A stretch of DNA of 64,000 bases. Source: an uncultured Alphaproteobacteria bacterium. GTDB taxonomy: Bacteria; Pseudomonadota; Alphaproteobacteria; HIMB59; GCA-002718135. Where the stretch lies: the NCBI GenBank assembly GCA_902576125.1, contig CACGUF010000002.1:145-64144 (forward strand), read 5' to 3'. The position numbers and the translations under genes are program-made. The notes below the pieces were generated by a model. The model was not told where the DNA came from and did no database searches. It saw nothing but the letters and a program-made list of their open reading frames with translations. Positions 1 through 9,702 of the stretch are shown piece by piece. Positions within the stretch are counted from its first letter, which is position 1. The number at the start of each line of letters is the position of its first letter.

Positions 1-700
1 CAACTCTTGTCGCATCATTTTTAATTGGAAGTAATTCAATCTGATCAATGTTGTGTGTACTGTCATCTCCCCACCAATCAGTATTTCTTTCGAAAATAGT
101 TCTTACATCCTGTTCTCTAAAAGTAATTTTAAAAGGCCCAGTACCATTTGCATTAGATGCACAGTAAGAAGTCTCTCCTGCATCCCAATTATATGATACT
201 TCACAACCATTTGCTTTTGCCCAAGTTTCAGACATAACAAATATCTGAGTTAATTGGTTTAAAAGAATTGGGTTTGGCCCTTCAGTTACTATTTCAAGTG
301 TATGATCCCCAGTAGCTGTAGCTGATTTAATACTTTTAATTAAATCAACCATATCAGAAGGAGCAGTCTTTGCTCTGTTTATACTGAATGCAATATCACT
401 TGCTGTTAAAGATGAACCATCATGAAACTTCACACCTTTACGAATATTAAATACCCAAGTATCTGCGCTTGTAGCATCCCATGACTCTGCAAGTTGCGGA
501 AGTATTTCCATGTTAATACCTGGGGTAACTAGTCCTTCATAAACTTGTCTAGAAACCATATGGGTTGGTCCTTCATTTTGTGCATGTGGATCTAAGGTTA
601 ATGAATCACCTGGCATTGACCACTTTAATGAAGCGGCAAATGAAGTTGAAACAAAACCTGACATAACCAATACCAAAAGAATATTAATTAATTTTTTCAT
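1..700 (-). CDS. ABC transporter substrate-binding protein, family 5 (peptide/opine/nickel type). Only the N-terminal ~233 codons are present; the 3' end lies beyond the window.
   Basis: Absent from the ORF track because it runs off the window edge. Reverse-strand ATG at 698-700 lies 8 nt after GGAGG (complement of 709-713). Hand translation begins MKKLINILLVLVMSGFVSTSFAASLKWSMPGDSLTLDPHAQNEGPTHMVSRQVYEGLV, which is a signal peptide followed by the conserved N-terminal block of SBP_bac_5 proteins. Confidence 0.7.
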   Translation of the reverse strand, partial: MKKLINILLVLVMSGFVSTSFAASLKWSMPGDSLTLDPHAQNEGPTHMVSRQVYEGLVTPGINMEILPQLAESWDATSADTWVFNIRKGVKFHDGSSLTASDIAFSINRAKTAPSDMVDLIKSIKSATATGDHTLEIVTEGPNPILLNQLTQIFVMSETWAKANGCEVSYNWDAGETSYCASNANGTGPFKITFREQDVRTIFERNTDWWGDDSTHNIDQIELLPIKNDATRV

Positions 701-848
701 TTTTATTTCCTCCATAGAAATTTGATAATGAACCCATACTACTTCACTAAAATTATTCAATATTATTAGTCCAAATTAAAGGTATATTTTGTGATAATCT
801 AAAGTAATGATAAAGATTTAGATCAATATTGAAGGTTTTTTAAGAACA

Positions 849-1499
849 ATGAAAAGATCAGAAAAAGCAAACATAGCTTACAAAATTTTAAATAGAATTT
901 ATAAAAAAGTTCCAATACCTCTAATACATAGAAATAAATTTGAATTAGTTGTTGCAGTATTATTAAGTGCTCAGTGTACAGATGAAAGAGTCAATCAAGT
1001 AACTCCCATACTATTCAAAAAAGCAAATACAGCTAAAAAAATGATAAAAATTCCAAGAAATACTATTTACAAAATCATCCGTCCGTGTGGATTAGCTCCA
1101 CAGAAATCAAAAGCTATTTATGAGTTATCAAGAATACTTGTAAAAAAATTTAAAGGTAAAGTTCCCGAAAGTTTTGAAGAGTTAGAAAAATTACCAGGTG
1201 TCGGTCACAAAACTGCAAGTGTAGTTATGTCTCAAGGATTTGGTCACCCAGCATTTCCAGTAGATACTCATATTCATAGACTTGCTCAACGTTGGGGCCT
1301 AACGAATGGTAAAAATGTTGTTCAAACAGAAAAAGATTTAAAAAATTTATTTCCAGAGAAATCTTGGAATAAACTTCATCTTCAAATAATATTTTATGGA
1401 AGACAACACTGTCAGGCCAGAAATTGTTTTGGATTAGAATGTGAAATATGTAAAGCCTGTAATCCAAAAAGGGGGAAACCGATTAAAACAAAAAAATAA
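849..1499 (+). CDS. nth: Endonuclease III (DNA glycosylase/AP lyase)
   Basis: HhH-GPD family pattern (LSAQCTDERVN, LPGVGHKTASVV, VDTHIHR) and a C-terminal Cys cluster (CQARNC...CEICKAC) typical of the 4Fe-4S loop. Confidence 0.9.
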   Translation: MKRSEKANIAYKILNRIYKKVPIPLIHRNKFELVVAVLLSAQCTDERVNQVTPILFKKANTAKKMIKIPRNTIYKIIRPCGLAPQKSKAIYELSRILVKKFKGKVPESFEELEKLPGVGHKTASVVMSQGFGHPAFPVDTHIHRLAQRWGLTNGKNVVQTEKDLKNLFPEKSWNKLHLQIIFYGRQHCQARNCFGLECEICKACNPKRGKPIKTKK

Positions 1500-1500
1500 T

Positions 1501-1920
1501 TTAAAAAGGCTGAAATACTACGAGTATAAGAATAAAAATAAGTATTACTGCTGGAACTTCATTTGTAATTCTAAAAAATTTAGTGGAAAATTTATTTTTA
1601 TCATTTTTAAAATCGTTAAGACATTTTAAACAAAAAAAATGGTATAAAGAGAGTAAAATAACAAAAAAAATTTTTAAAAGTAACCAAGTATCAATTCCTA
1701 CATAATGTGTCATTGAGAAGCCGGATATCCAAGTAACTATGAAAGATGGGAACATTATAATTTTGTATAATTTTCTTTCCATCAATTTAAAAGTTTCTGA
1801 TGTTTCTCTTGTAATTTGAGGATTAGCATGATTTACAAACAAACGTGGAAGATATAATAGACTGGCCATCCAGGCTATAATGCTAAAAATATGAATTACT
1901 TTCAGAGTGTTAAATAACAT
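1501..1920 (-). CDS. hemJ: Protoporphyrinogen IX oxidase, HemJ type (UPF0093 membrane protein)
   Basis: 139-aa multi-TM protein with the HemJ-like N-terminus (LKVIHIFSIIAWMASLLYLPRLFV). It sits directly next to hemF/hemH/hemE. Confidence 0.75.
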   Translation of the reverse strand: MLFNTLKVIHIFSIIAWMASLLYLPRLFVNHANPQITRETSETFKLMERKLYKIIMFPSFIVTWISGFSMTHYVGIDTWLLLKIFFVILLSLYHFFCLKCLNDFKNDKNKFSTKFFRITNEVPAVILIFILILVVFQPF

Positions 1921-1923
1921 TTT

Positions 1924-2742
1924 TTATTCCCACATTGCGTGTGGTGGCATTGACATTAATATTGCATCAATATTACCACCAGTTTCTAAACCAAATTTCG
2001 TGCCTCTATCATACAATAGATTAAATTCAGCATAACGACTACGCTTAACTAATTGCTTCTTTTTTTCATCTTCATTCCATTCCTGATCTTTAAGAGAAAT
2101 TAGAGTATTTTTTATAAACTGATGAAAATAAGTACCTGTTTCTTGAACAAATTCAAAATCCTTAACCCAATCATCTGTATGAAGATAGTCAAAAAAAATA
2201 CCCCCTACTCCTCTTGGTTCATTTCTATGTTTAAGAAAAAAATAATCATCACACCATTTTTTAAATTTTGTATAATATGATTTATCATATTTATTACATA
2301 AGACCTCTAAACCTCTATGATAATTTTCTTCAGAGCTAAAAACTAAACAAGGTGTTATATCCATACCTCCCCCAAACCACTCCTGACTAGTTTTTATAAA
2401 TCTAGTATTAAAATGCATTGATGGAATTTTAGGAGACATAGGATGTAAAACTACACTTATTCCTGTTGCGTTATAATAAGGATTTTCTTTTGTTCCTGGA
2501 ATTTTATCTCTCATTTTTTCATTAAAAACACCACCTACAGTTGATACATTTACTCCACCCTTTTCTATTATATTACCTTTAATTTTACTCATCACACCAC
2601 CACCGTCACTTTTATGATCCCAAGAAATAATTTCAAATTTATTGCCATCTATTTTTTGAATAGTATCAATAAGATTAGCTCTTAATTTTTCAAACCAATC
2701 TTTTGCAGAATTAAATTTTGGATCATCAATCATAATGGCCAA
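1924..2742 (-). CDS. hemF: Oxygen-dependent coproporphyrinogen III oxidase
   Basis: HemF blocks are present: GGGVMSKIKG..EKGGVNVS, PSMHFNTRF, WFGGGMDITP, RGVGGIFFD. Confidence 0.9.
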   Translation of the reverse strand: MAIMIDDPKFNSAKDWFEKLRANLIDTIQKIDGNKFEIISWDHKSDGGGVMSKIKGNIIEKGGVNVSTVGGVFNEKMRDKIPGTKENPYYNATGISVVLHPMSPKIPSMHFNTRFIKTSQEWFGGGMDITPCLVFSSEENYHRGLEVLCNKYDKSYYTKFKKWCDDYFFLKHRNEPRGVGGIFFDYLHTDDWVKDFEFVQETGTYFHQFIKNTLISLKDQEWNEDEKKKQLVKRSRYAEFNLLYDRGTKFGLETGGNIDAILMSMPPHAMWE

Positions 2743-3755
2743 CCTTGAGTATGTTTTTTTATAAGATTTACAAACATATCTATGTGATCCTCACTATCAT
2801 TTAAACATGGTATGTAATTGTAATTTTCACCACCTGATTCCAAAAAATATTCTTTATTTTCCTCTTCAAGCTCCTCTAGAGTTTCAAGACAATCGCTACT
2901 AAAACCAGGAGAAATTATGTGTATGTTTTTTATTCCTTGTTTTGGTAATTCTTTTAATGTTTCACTTGTATATGGCTTTAACCATTCTTCACGCCCAAAC
3001 CTACTTTGAAAAGTTGTCATTATCTCACCATCAGATAGTTCCATATACTCTTTAACAAGTCTTGTCGTTTTGAGACAAAAGCAATGATAGGGGTCTCCAT
3101 TAGTCAAATACCTTTTCGGTATACCGTGATAACTGAAAATAATTTTTTGTGGTTTTTGATTTTTTTTCCAAAATTTTTTTATAGAATTTGATAGAGCTTC
3201 AATGTAATTTTTTTCTTCAAAATATTGATTGATAAAACGTAATTCAGGAATCCAACGCCATTTCTGCAAAACATTTGTTACTTCATCAAAAGTACTACCT
3301 GTTGTTGCAGCACAATATTGAGGATACATTGGTAAAACTAATAATCTTCTTACTTGTTGCTTTTGTAATTTTAATAATGCTTCTTTTATTGATGGATTAC
3401 CATAACGCATACCAATTTCAAAAACTATATTTTCATTTGAATCTAAAAACGATGATTTAATTTTATTTAATTGATTATTTGCTATAACTAAAAGGGGAGA
3501 ACCTTTTTTAGTCCAAACTTTCTTGTAAGCTACTGCTGAACGTGATGGTCTAATTTGTAATATTACAAGTTTTAATAATATTTGCCATAATATTCTCGGC
3601 AGTTCAATTACCCTTGGGTCAGACAAAAATTGATTGAGATAAACTTTTAATTCTCTTTTTTCTGGAGCATCTGGAGTTCCTAGGTTTGTAATTAAAACTC
3701 CTATTTTCTCTTTGCTACCATGCTCATAATCTTTTTCACCAATATATTTTACCAT
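2730..3755 (-). CDS. hemH: Ferrochelatase
   Basis: Ferrochelatase pattern (GVLITNLGTPD, LVLPMYPQY, FSYHGIP). Overlaps hemF by 13 nt. Confidence 0.9.
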   Translation of the reverse strand: MVKYIGEKDYEHGSKEKIGVLITNLGTPDAPEKRELKVYLNQFLSDPRVIELPRILWQILLKLVILQIRPSRSAVAYKKVWTKKGSPLLVIANNQLNKIKSSFLDSNENIVFEIGMRYGNPSIKEALLKLQKQQVRRLLVLPMYPQYCAATTGSTFDEVTNVLQKWRWIPELRFINQYFEEKNYIEALSNSIKKFWKKNQKPQKIIFSYHGIPKRYLTNGDPYHCFCLKTTRLVKEYMELSDGEIMTTFQSRFGREEWLKPYTSETLKELPKQGIKNIHIISPGFSSDCLETLEELEEENKEYFLESGGENYNYIPCLNDSEDHIDMFVNLIKKHTQGWPL

Positions 3756-3760
3756 ATCTA

Positions 3761-4759
3761 TTAGCTAAATTCTTTTCTGATATTTTCTATAAATAAGTGA
3801 ACATTTTTTTCTGGAGTATTTTTATTAATTCCATGCCCAAGACCACAAACCCAACCATTTAGATTTTTAATTAATTTCATTTTTTCAATATAATCTTTTA
3901 AATCCTTAAGAAATATGTCAGTTTCTTTTAAAATTGATTCTTCATTAAAATTTCCTTGTATAAAACCAGAATTTTGAAAATTAAATATGGAAGATAGCTG
4001 TACTGAATGATCGTAACCAAAACCAGCAAAGGGTAGGTTCGTTATATATTTCAAATCCTCTTCACTTTTCCCCCTTGAATAATAACCTACTTTTTTTGGA
4101 AAAGTAATTGCAATATCTTGAAGGATTTTTGTGTAAATATTTTTGAAACTACTTTTATCTAAATCATATAAAGAACTATCAAAAATCATTACCACTTCAA
4201 CACCTGCATTTAATTGTAATTTGATGTTTGCTTTAAGAAGAGGTAAAAGTGTTTCAGTTATAAATCCTAAATTAATTTTTGTATCAATTGTTATCGAATT
4301 GTTATTTCCAAAAGCGTATTTAGATAAAGTCCATGGACCACCGACAAATCCAATTAAGCTTTTATTATTTGATAATTTTTCTCTGGTTATTTTAATAGCT
4401 TCAGATTGAAACTGCATATGTTCAATTGCTCTATCAGTATCTTTAAATTTCTCAAAATTATCTGCATTTATATAAAAATCAAATTTAGGCCCCGGATTAA
4501 ACTCTAATTTTAAGCCAAGTCCTTCTAAAATAAATAAAATATCACTAAATAAAATTGCAACATCATAATCAAATTCTTTTACAGGACCGTAAGCAACCTC
4601 TGCAGATAAATCTGGAGTTTTGCAAAGTTGTTCAAAAGAATATTTCTCTTTTAATTTTTGATAATGAGAATGATATCTCCCTGCTTGTCTCATAAACCAA
4701 ATCGGAGGTGTTTTCTGATTTTTTCTTTTAAGAGCATTCTGAAATAAAATATTAGACAT
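3761..4759 (-). CDS. hemE: Uroporphyrinogen decarboxylase
   Basis: N-terminal signature PPIWFMRQAGRY and a URO-D-like length of 332 aa. Confidence 0.9.
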   Translation of the reverse strand: MSNILFQNALKRKNQKTPPIWFMRQAGRYHSHYQKLKEKYSFEQLCKTPDLSAEVAYGPVKEFDYDVAILFSDILFILEGLGLKLEFNPGPKFDFYINADNFEKFKDTDRAIEHMQFQSEAIKITREKLSNNKSLIGFVGGPWTLSKYAFGNNNSITIDTKINLGFITETLLPLLKANIKLQLNAGVEVVMIFDSSLYDLDKSSFKNIYTKILQDIAITFPKKVGYYSRGKSEEDLKYITNLPFAGFGYDHSVQLSSIFNFQNSGFIQGNFNEESILKETDIFLKDLKDYIEKMKLIKNLNGWVCGLGHGINKNTPEKNVHLFIENIRKEFS

Positions 4760-4760
4760 T

Positions 4761-6269
4761 TTAAGAATTCAATAATTTTCTCTTCCAAATATCATATGAA
4801 AGCTCAACAAAAAGATTTTTATTATCACCCAATACTTTACTAATCTCATTGTAAGTATTTCCTGGTCCACAGGAGTGATATTTATCTATAATTTCTGGAT
4901 ATTTAGCTAAAGTTGACTTGAAAGCTGAGCCGCTCATCCAATAGAAATATTTTTTCATCTTTGTATTTATTTCAAAATCAATACTTTCTAATTGATATGT
5001 ATTAATTTTATTTTTTATATGGCTTTCAGGTGATCCACTATGTGTTAACTTGACCCATGAAAAATTTGTAAGTGAATTGATATTATTTTCAAAATTTTCA
5101 CCAAGTCCATCAGAGCTGCCATTTACCCAAATTCCCTTAGCAATTAATTCTTTCCAAGTTTTTAAACCACTTGCCCAAACAATATTGTTTGTTTTAATTT
5201 TAGCTTTATCTTGAAGAGCACTAATGCGAGAAATATAAATACATTTATTTTCTATATTATTTACTTCAAAAATAGTTTTATCTAATTGTTTTCGATTAAA
5301 TATTTTGTAGGATTTTAAATTTTCTGGATATATTTCTTTTATATCCCCACAAGAATAATTTAATTTATGTTTACTTATGATTTCCCAGCTTTCAAAATGC
5401 TTACCATTTTCAACTTCCCCTCTTTTTGAAACAATTGTACCTAGTTTGTGAGAAATATAAGATACACCAATTTTTTGGTGACATCCACCGCCATATTTTT
5501 TTAAAATATTTCTTTCTTGATCAACATTTGAAAATTCTTGAGAAAAATTAATATGTTTTAATAAATCATTTAATTTATTATCTTTGCATCTAGTCTCAAT
5601 AGCCAGTGCGCCCTGACCTGGTGAACAAGGATTGACAGATAAAGGTAATATTGTCCAAATACATTCATCAATATATTTTTGTATAGTTTTTTTTAATTGA
5701 TTAAACTCAGAATAATTATTTAAAAGCAACCTATCTATTGCTGCTTTTGCTACAATAAAAGCATCACTTGCAGGATCTTCTAAAAACTTTTTAAATCTAG
5801 TAGGTATATTTCCTCTTATATTTTTAAAAATTACTTCATCATAATTTTGAGGAAGATAATTTTTGACAAAATTCATTAAATTATACTTTCTTCTAGGTGA
5901 GGAACAAAGAATAGTAAGTTTTTTATTATTTTCTTTTTTATTTTTTTTTAGAAATAATATATCTCTTTTGTCAGCTCTTTCTATTGTTGCTGATATTTTA
6001 GTTTTATTTCCAACTTCTATTGGTAAATCTTTCCAGGAATGAACAATCAAATCACATTTATTTTGGATTAATTCATCTCTTAAATCATTTGTAAAAACTC
6101 CTTCTAGAGGCATTTCAGAAAGAGGTGTAACTAAATCTTTATCACCAGATGTGCTTCTTGTTAAATATTCTAGTTTAGTTTTTGGAAATTTAGACTTTAA
6201 ATATTCTCCAAATTGATATGCTTGAATAACAGCTAAATCACTTTTTCTTGATAAAATTCGTATTTTCAT
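4761..6269 (-). CDS. hemC: Porphobilinogen deaminase with a ~200-aa C-terminal extension (possibly uroporphyrinogen-III synthase-like)
   Basis: Residues 1-300 follow the HemC layout (MKIRILSRKSDLAVIQA, HSWKDLP, IRGNIPTR, SPGQGALAIE, cofactor Cys in YGGGCHQKIG). The protein is 502 aa, whereas ordinary HemC is about 310 aa. Confidence 0.8.
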   Translation of the reverse strand: MKIRILSRKSDLAVIQAYQFGEYLKSKFPKTKLEYLTRSTSGDKDLVTPLSEMPLEGVFTNDLRDELIQNKCDLIVHSWKDLPIEVGNKTKISATIERADKRDILFLKKNKKENNKKLTILCSSPRRKYNLMNFVKNYLPQNYDEVIFKNIRGNIPTRFKKFLEDPASDAFIVAKAAIDRLLLNNYSEFNQLKKTIQKYIDECIWTILPLSVNPCSPGQGALAIETRCKDNKLNDLLKHINFSQEFSNVDQERNILKKYGGGCHQKIGVSYISHKLGTIVSKRGEVENGKHFESWEIISKHKLNYSCGDIKEIYPENLKSYKIFNRKQLDKTIFEVNNIENKCIYISRISALQDKAKIKTNNIVWASGLKTWKELIAKGIWVNGSSDGLGENFENNINSLTNFSWVKLTHSGSPESHIKNKINTYQLESIDFEINTKMKKYFYWMSGSAFKSTLAKYPEIIDKYHSCGPGNTYNEISKVLGDNKNLFVELSYDIWKRKLLNS

Positions 6270-6340
6270 GGATTATATTTTCTCACATAACACTATATAA
6301 TAAATAAATAAAATTATCATTGATGAAGCTTTAAAGAAAT

Positions 6341-6892
6341 ATGGTTTATTATAAAGGAACTGATAATTCATGGGGTGTTGTTGCTAAAATTTTTCATTGG
6401 TTAATAGCCCTTTTGTTATTTTGGCAAGTTGCAACTGGCATAAGCTTACACAATATGGAATTTTCACCTCTGAAAATCGGTTTTATTGGTTTACATAAAA
6501 TTTTTGGAACTATCATATTTACACTAATAGTAATTAGACTTCTGTGGAGATTTTTTAATACCCATCCAAACTCTAAATCATTACCTAAAAAGCATAAATT
6601 AACTTCAAATTTAGTGCACTTTTTTTTATATTTTTTAATAATCTCCATTCCAATTCAGGGCACATACATGACTTGGCTGGGAGGTTCTGAAGTTAGTATG
6701 TTTGGATTAATTGAAATTCCTTCACTGGTTGAAATGGACTTTTTTTTATATCAAAAACATCTTAAAATTCACTACTATAGCGCAATAATTTTAACCTCAT
6801 TATTTACATTACATATTTTAGCAGCACTTTATCACAAATTAATAATTAGAGATAAATATGGTGTATGGGGTAGAATGGTGTTCAAAAAATAA
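6341..6892 (+). CDS. Cytochrome b561 family membrane protein
   Basis: 183 aa with four TM segments. N-terminal KIFHWLIALLLFWQ and later His-containing helices are typical of the CybB/YodB type b561 family. Confidence 0.75.
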   Translation: MVYYKGTDNSWGVVAKIFHWLIALLLFWQVATGISLHNMEFSPLKIGFIGLHKIFGTIIFTLIVIRLLWRFFNTHPNSKSLPKKHKLTSNLVHFFLYFLIISIPIQGTYMTWLGGSEVSMFGLIEIPSLVEMDFFLYQKHLKIHYYSAIILTSLFTLHILAALYHKLIIRDKYGVWGRMVFKK

Positions 6893-6958
6893 GAAGGTGT
6901 GACAATTGTGCAAATAAGTTTCTTGGTTTTTATTTATAAACGTTTACTTAAATTATAG

Positions 6959-8194
6959 ATGAATTATTCAAAATTTTTTACTTCAGAATTAGAGAAACTC
7001 AAGACAGAAGGTCTTTATCGAAATTTCAGAGAAATTGACAGACCAATAAAGAAATTCCCTAAAGCAGATGAAATACAAGGTGATGAAGAAAGAAACGTAG
7101 AAGTATGGTGTTCAAATGACTATCTTAATATGAGTCAACATCCAGAAGTAGTAAATGAGACAGTAAAAACACTTTTAGAAATAGGTTCAGGATCTGGTGG
7201 AACAAGAAATATTTCAGGAACAAGCTCTTATCATACAGCATTAGAAGAAAGGTTGGCAAAAGTCCATAATAAGGACAATGCTCTTCTTTTTGCCTCTGCT
7301 TACACGGCTAATCAATCAACATTGTGGACTTTAGGAAAAAAAATAAAAAACTTAGAAATATTCTCTGATGAACTTAATCATGCTTCTTTAATTCAAGGTA
7401 TAAAAAATAGTGGTGCTTCATGTCATATTTTTAAACACAATAATGTTGATCATCTTGAATTTCTTTTAAAATCAGTTGATAAAAAAAATCCTAAATTAAT
7501 TGTATTTGAAAGTTTATATTCAATGGAAGGTATTAGATCTCCTATAATAAAAATAGTTGAGCTCGCAAAAAAATTTAATGCAATGACATATCTAGATGAA
7601 GTTCACTCTGTAGGCTTATATGGTGAAAAAGGCAAAGGTATAGCTGTAGAAATGAAAGTTGATCAAGAAATTGATATTGTTAATGGTACACTTGCAAAAG
7701 CTTACGGGCAGATGGGAGGATACATAGCAGCAAATAAAGAAATAATTGATTATATTCGTAGCTTTGCTCCTGGTTTTATCTTTACTACCTCAATATGCCC
7801 ATCAATTGCTGCAGGATCAAGCAAAGCAATTGATATTGTATCTTTAGCAGATCAATTAAGAGTCAAAATTCATGAAAATGCATCTTCAATAAGACAATTA
7901 TTAGACTCAATAGCCATTCCATATATTGATACAAATAGTCATATTATTTCTGTTATGATAAATGATCCTTTTCTCTGTAAAAAAGTATCAGAAAAACTAA
8001 TTGATGATCATGGAATATACGCACAACCTATTTTCTATCCTACAGTTCCAAAAGGCCTTGAAAGACTTAGAATTACTGTAACTCCTAGACATCGAAAAGA
8101 ACACATCGAAAATATGGTTAAATGCCTTGATAAAGTATGGTCTGACTTAAGTTTACCAAGAAAAAACTCGTCGAAGCTCAAAGTTAATATTTAG
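6959..8194 (+). CDS. hemA: 5-aminolevulinate synthase (C4 pathway)
   Basis: Class II PLP aminotransferase with ALAS blocks (EGLYRNF, WCSNDYL, SGGTRNISGT, DEVHSVGLYG, GTLAKA). Confidence 0.9.
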   Translation: MNYSKFFTSELEKLKTEGLYRNFREIDRPIKKFPKADEIQGDEERNVEVWCSNDYLNMSQHPEVVNETVKTLLEIGSGSGGTRNISGTSSYHTALEERLAKVHNKDNALLFASAYTANQSTLWTLGKKIKNLEIFSDELNHASLIQGIKNSGASCHIFKHNNVDHLEFLLKSVDKKNPKLIVFESLYSMEGIRSPIIKIVELAKKFNAMTYLDEVHSVGLYGEKGKGIAVEMKVDQEIDIVNGTLAKAYGQMGGYIAANKEIIDYIRSFAPGFIFTTSICPSIAAGSSKAIDIVSLADQLRVKIHENASSIRQLLDSIAIPYIDTNSHIISVMINDPFLCKKVSEKLIDDHGIYAQPIFYPTVPKGLERLRITVTPRHRKEHIENMVKCLDKVWSDLSLPRKNSSKLKVNI

Positions 8195-9093
8195 GATAAA
8201 AGTGTTTCCTTTTTACTTTTAATGCAATAGGCATAATAGATTACTGCCAGAATTATTGTTCCACCTCCAAGAACTACAGTGAAGCTTGGAACTTCATTTA
8301 TTCCAAAAATTGGTATCCATACCCAAAAAACACCGCCAACACATTCCATTAAAGATAAAAATGTCAATTCTGCTGATGGTAAATATTTTGCACCTAAAGT
8401 GTATAAAATTAAACCTGATGCAACAATCAAACCGTGGAGCAAACTAAGTTGACTGTTTATTACTGGCATATCAGTAAAAGGTTGAAATGAAAAACCTAAA
8501 ATACAAAATGAGAAAAAAGCACAGAATAGACCTGCTAAAAAAACTGTTGTAAATTTTGGTGTTTCAGGTTTCCATCTTATAGTCACAGAGTATAAAGCAA
8601 ATCCTGTTGCTGAAATAAAACCTATTATAGCTCCAACTGCACTTCCAGAAATACTATCATTGTATATCATTATACATACTCCAAAAAAAGCTATTGTCAT
8701 TGCAATTAAAGTAGACTTACTTAGAGTTTCACCTAGAACAAAATAACCCACAATTGCAGCAATAAATGGCATAGCAGCTAACATAAACAAAGTTACTGCA
8801 GCTGCAGTCATAGTAATTGAAAAAATAAATCCAGTGAATGCAGTAGCTAAAAATATTCCCCCAAGAATTGATGAAATTCCTATACTAAAAAAACTTTTAT
8901 AAAAACTAAGTCCTTCTTTTAAAAATAAATAAATTACCAAAATTATTGCAATTGCTATTCCTCTGTAAAATAAATATTGAAAAACATATGAATGCGCATC
9001 ATCCATGTATCTTACAGTCACTGCACCAAAACTCCATATTAATCCCGCTAAAAAAACTACAATAAATGAGTTAAAATAAGTATTTGAATACAT
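8191..9093 (-). CDS. DMT superfamily (EamA-like) transporter
   Basis: 300 aa with about 10 hydrophobic helices arranged as two EamA-like halves. The substrate is unknown. Confidence 0.7.
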   Translation of the reverse strand: MYSNTYFNSFIVVFLAGLIWSFGAVTVRYMDDAHSYVFQYLFYRGIAIAIILVIYLFLKEGLSFYKSFFSIGISSILGGIFLATAFTGFIFSITMTAAAVTLFMLAAMPFIAAIVGYFVLGETLSKSTLIAMTIAFFGVCIMIYNDSISGSAVGAIIGFISATGFALYSVTIRWKPETPKFTTVFLAGLFCAFFSFCILGFSFQPFTDMPVINSQLSLLHGLIVASGLILYTLGAKYLPSAELTFLSLMECVGGVFWVWIPIFGINEVPSFTVVLGGGTIILAVIYYAYCIKSKKETLLS

Positions 9094-9161
9094 TAATAAG
9101 TTAACTGTGTATTAATTTATACAAAAAGTAAATTATAAAAAAATTTTAATATAATTTTATT

Positions 9162-9662
9162 TTAATTGCATACGCCAATAGAGCCAAGAGCACATTTTTT
9201 TCCATCCACCCATGTAGCACTAGATAAATTTGCTTCATCAAAAATTGCTCCTGAAATATTAGCTCCTAACAAATTAGCTTCATATAAATTAGCCCCTTTA
9301 AATGAAGAGGTAAAAAGATTCGCTCCTTCAAAATTAACTTTAGCAAGATTTGCATTTTCAAAATTTGCATTATTACAATTAGCCCCTTGTAAGTTAGAAG
9401 CATATAAATTTGAGTTACTAAAATTAGCAAAAATAAAATTGCCTACAGATAGATCAGAATTATTTAATTGTGATTTCTCTAAATTTGCTAAAGACAAATT
9501 AACTCCTGACATTTTAGCATCTGCCATTCCAACCCCAATTAAATCAAGGTTTTCAACAAAATTGCAATTTGTCCAATCAACTTCATTTGCAGGTTGATCC
9601 TCACATCCAGCGTATACAAAATTTGATGAAAATAATAATATAAAGAAAACTACAAATCTCAT
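9162..9662 (-). CDS. Secreted pentapeptide-repeat protein
   Basis: N-terminal signal peptide (MRFVVFFILLFSSNFVYA/GC) followed by about 25 tandem A(D/N)LxX-type pentapeptides (ANLEKSQLNNSDLSVGNFIFANFSNSNLYASNLQGANCNNANFENANL...). Confidence 0.85.
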   Translation of the reverse strand: MRFVVFFILLFSSNFVYAGCEDQPANEVDWTNCNFVENLDLIGVGMADAKMSGVNLSLANLEKSQLNNSDLSVGNFIFANFSNSNLYASNLQGANCNNANFENANLAKVNFEGANLFTSSFKGANLYEANLLGANISGAIFDEANLSSATWVDGKKCALGSIGVCN

Positions 9663-9702
9663 TAATTATAAATAAGTAAACTTTATGTTTAATTTAAGGC
9701 AG

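Noticed and set aside
3761-6340. Chromosomal replication origin next to hemE, as in Caulobacter and Rickettsia
   Set aside because: hemE is flanked here by hemH and hemC with gaps of 5 nt and 1 nt. The nearest intergenic regions (6270-6340 and 6893-6958) are about 70 nt, and I could not see a cluster of DnaA-box-like or CtrA-box-like repeats in them.
6893-6958. CRP/FNR-type site upstream of hemA (TGTGACAATTGTGCAA)
   Set aside because: Only the left half-site resembles TGTGA. The right half (TGCAA) does not match TCACA or the FNR ATCAA half-site. One imperfect match in AT-rich DNA is not sufficient evidence.
9166-9597. 143-aa plus-strand ORF opposite the pentapeptide-repeat gene
   Set aside because: It is a mirror-image artefact of the repeat: the antisense strand of A(N/D)LxX repeats stays open and gives KLA/KFA repeats. 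The reverse-strand product has a signal peptide and a canonical repeat.
9162-9662. Pentapeptide-repeat protein as a Qnr/MfpA-type DNA mimic (gyrase protection)
   Set aside because: It has a clear N-terminal signal peptide and Cys residues at both ends, so it should be periplasmic. Qnr-type proteins are cytoplasmic.
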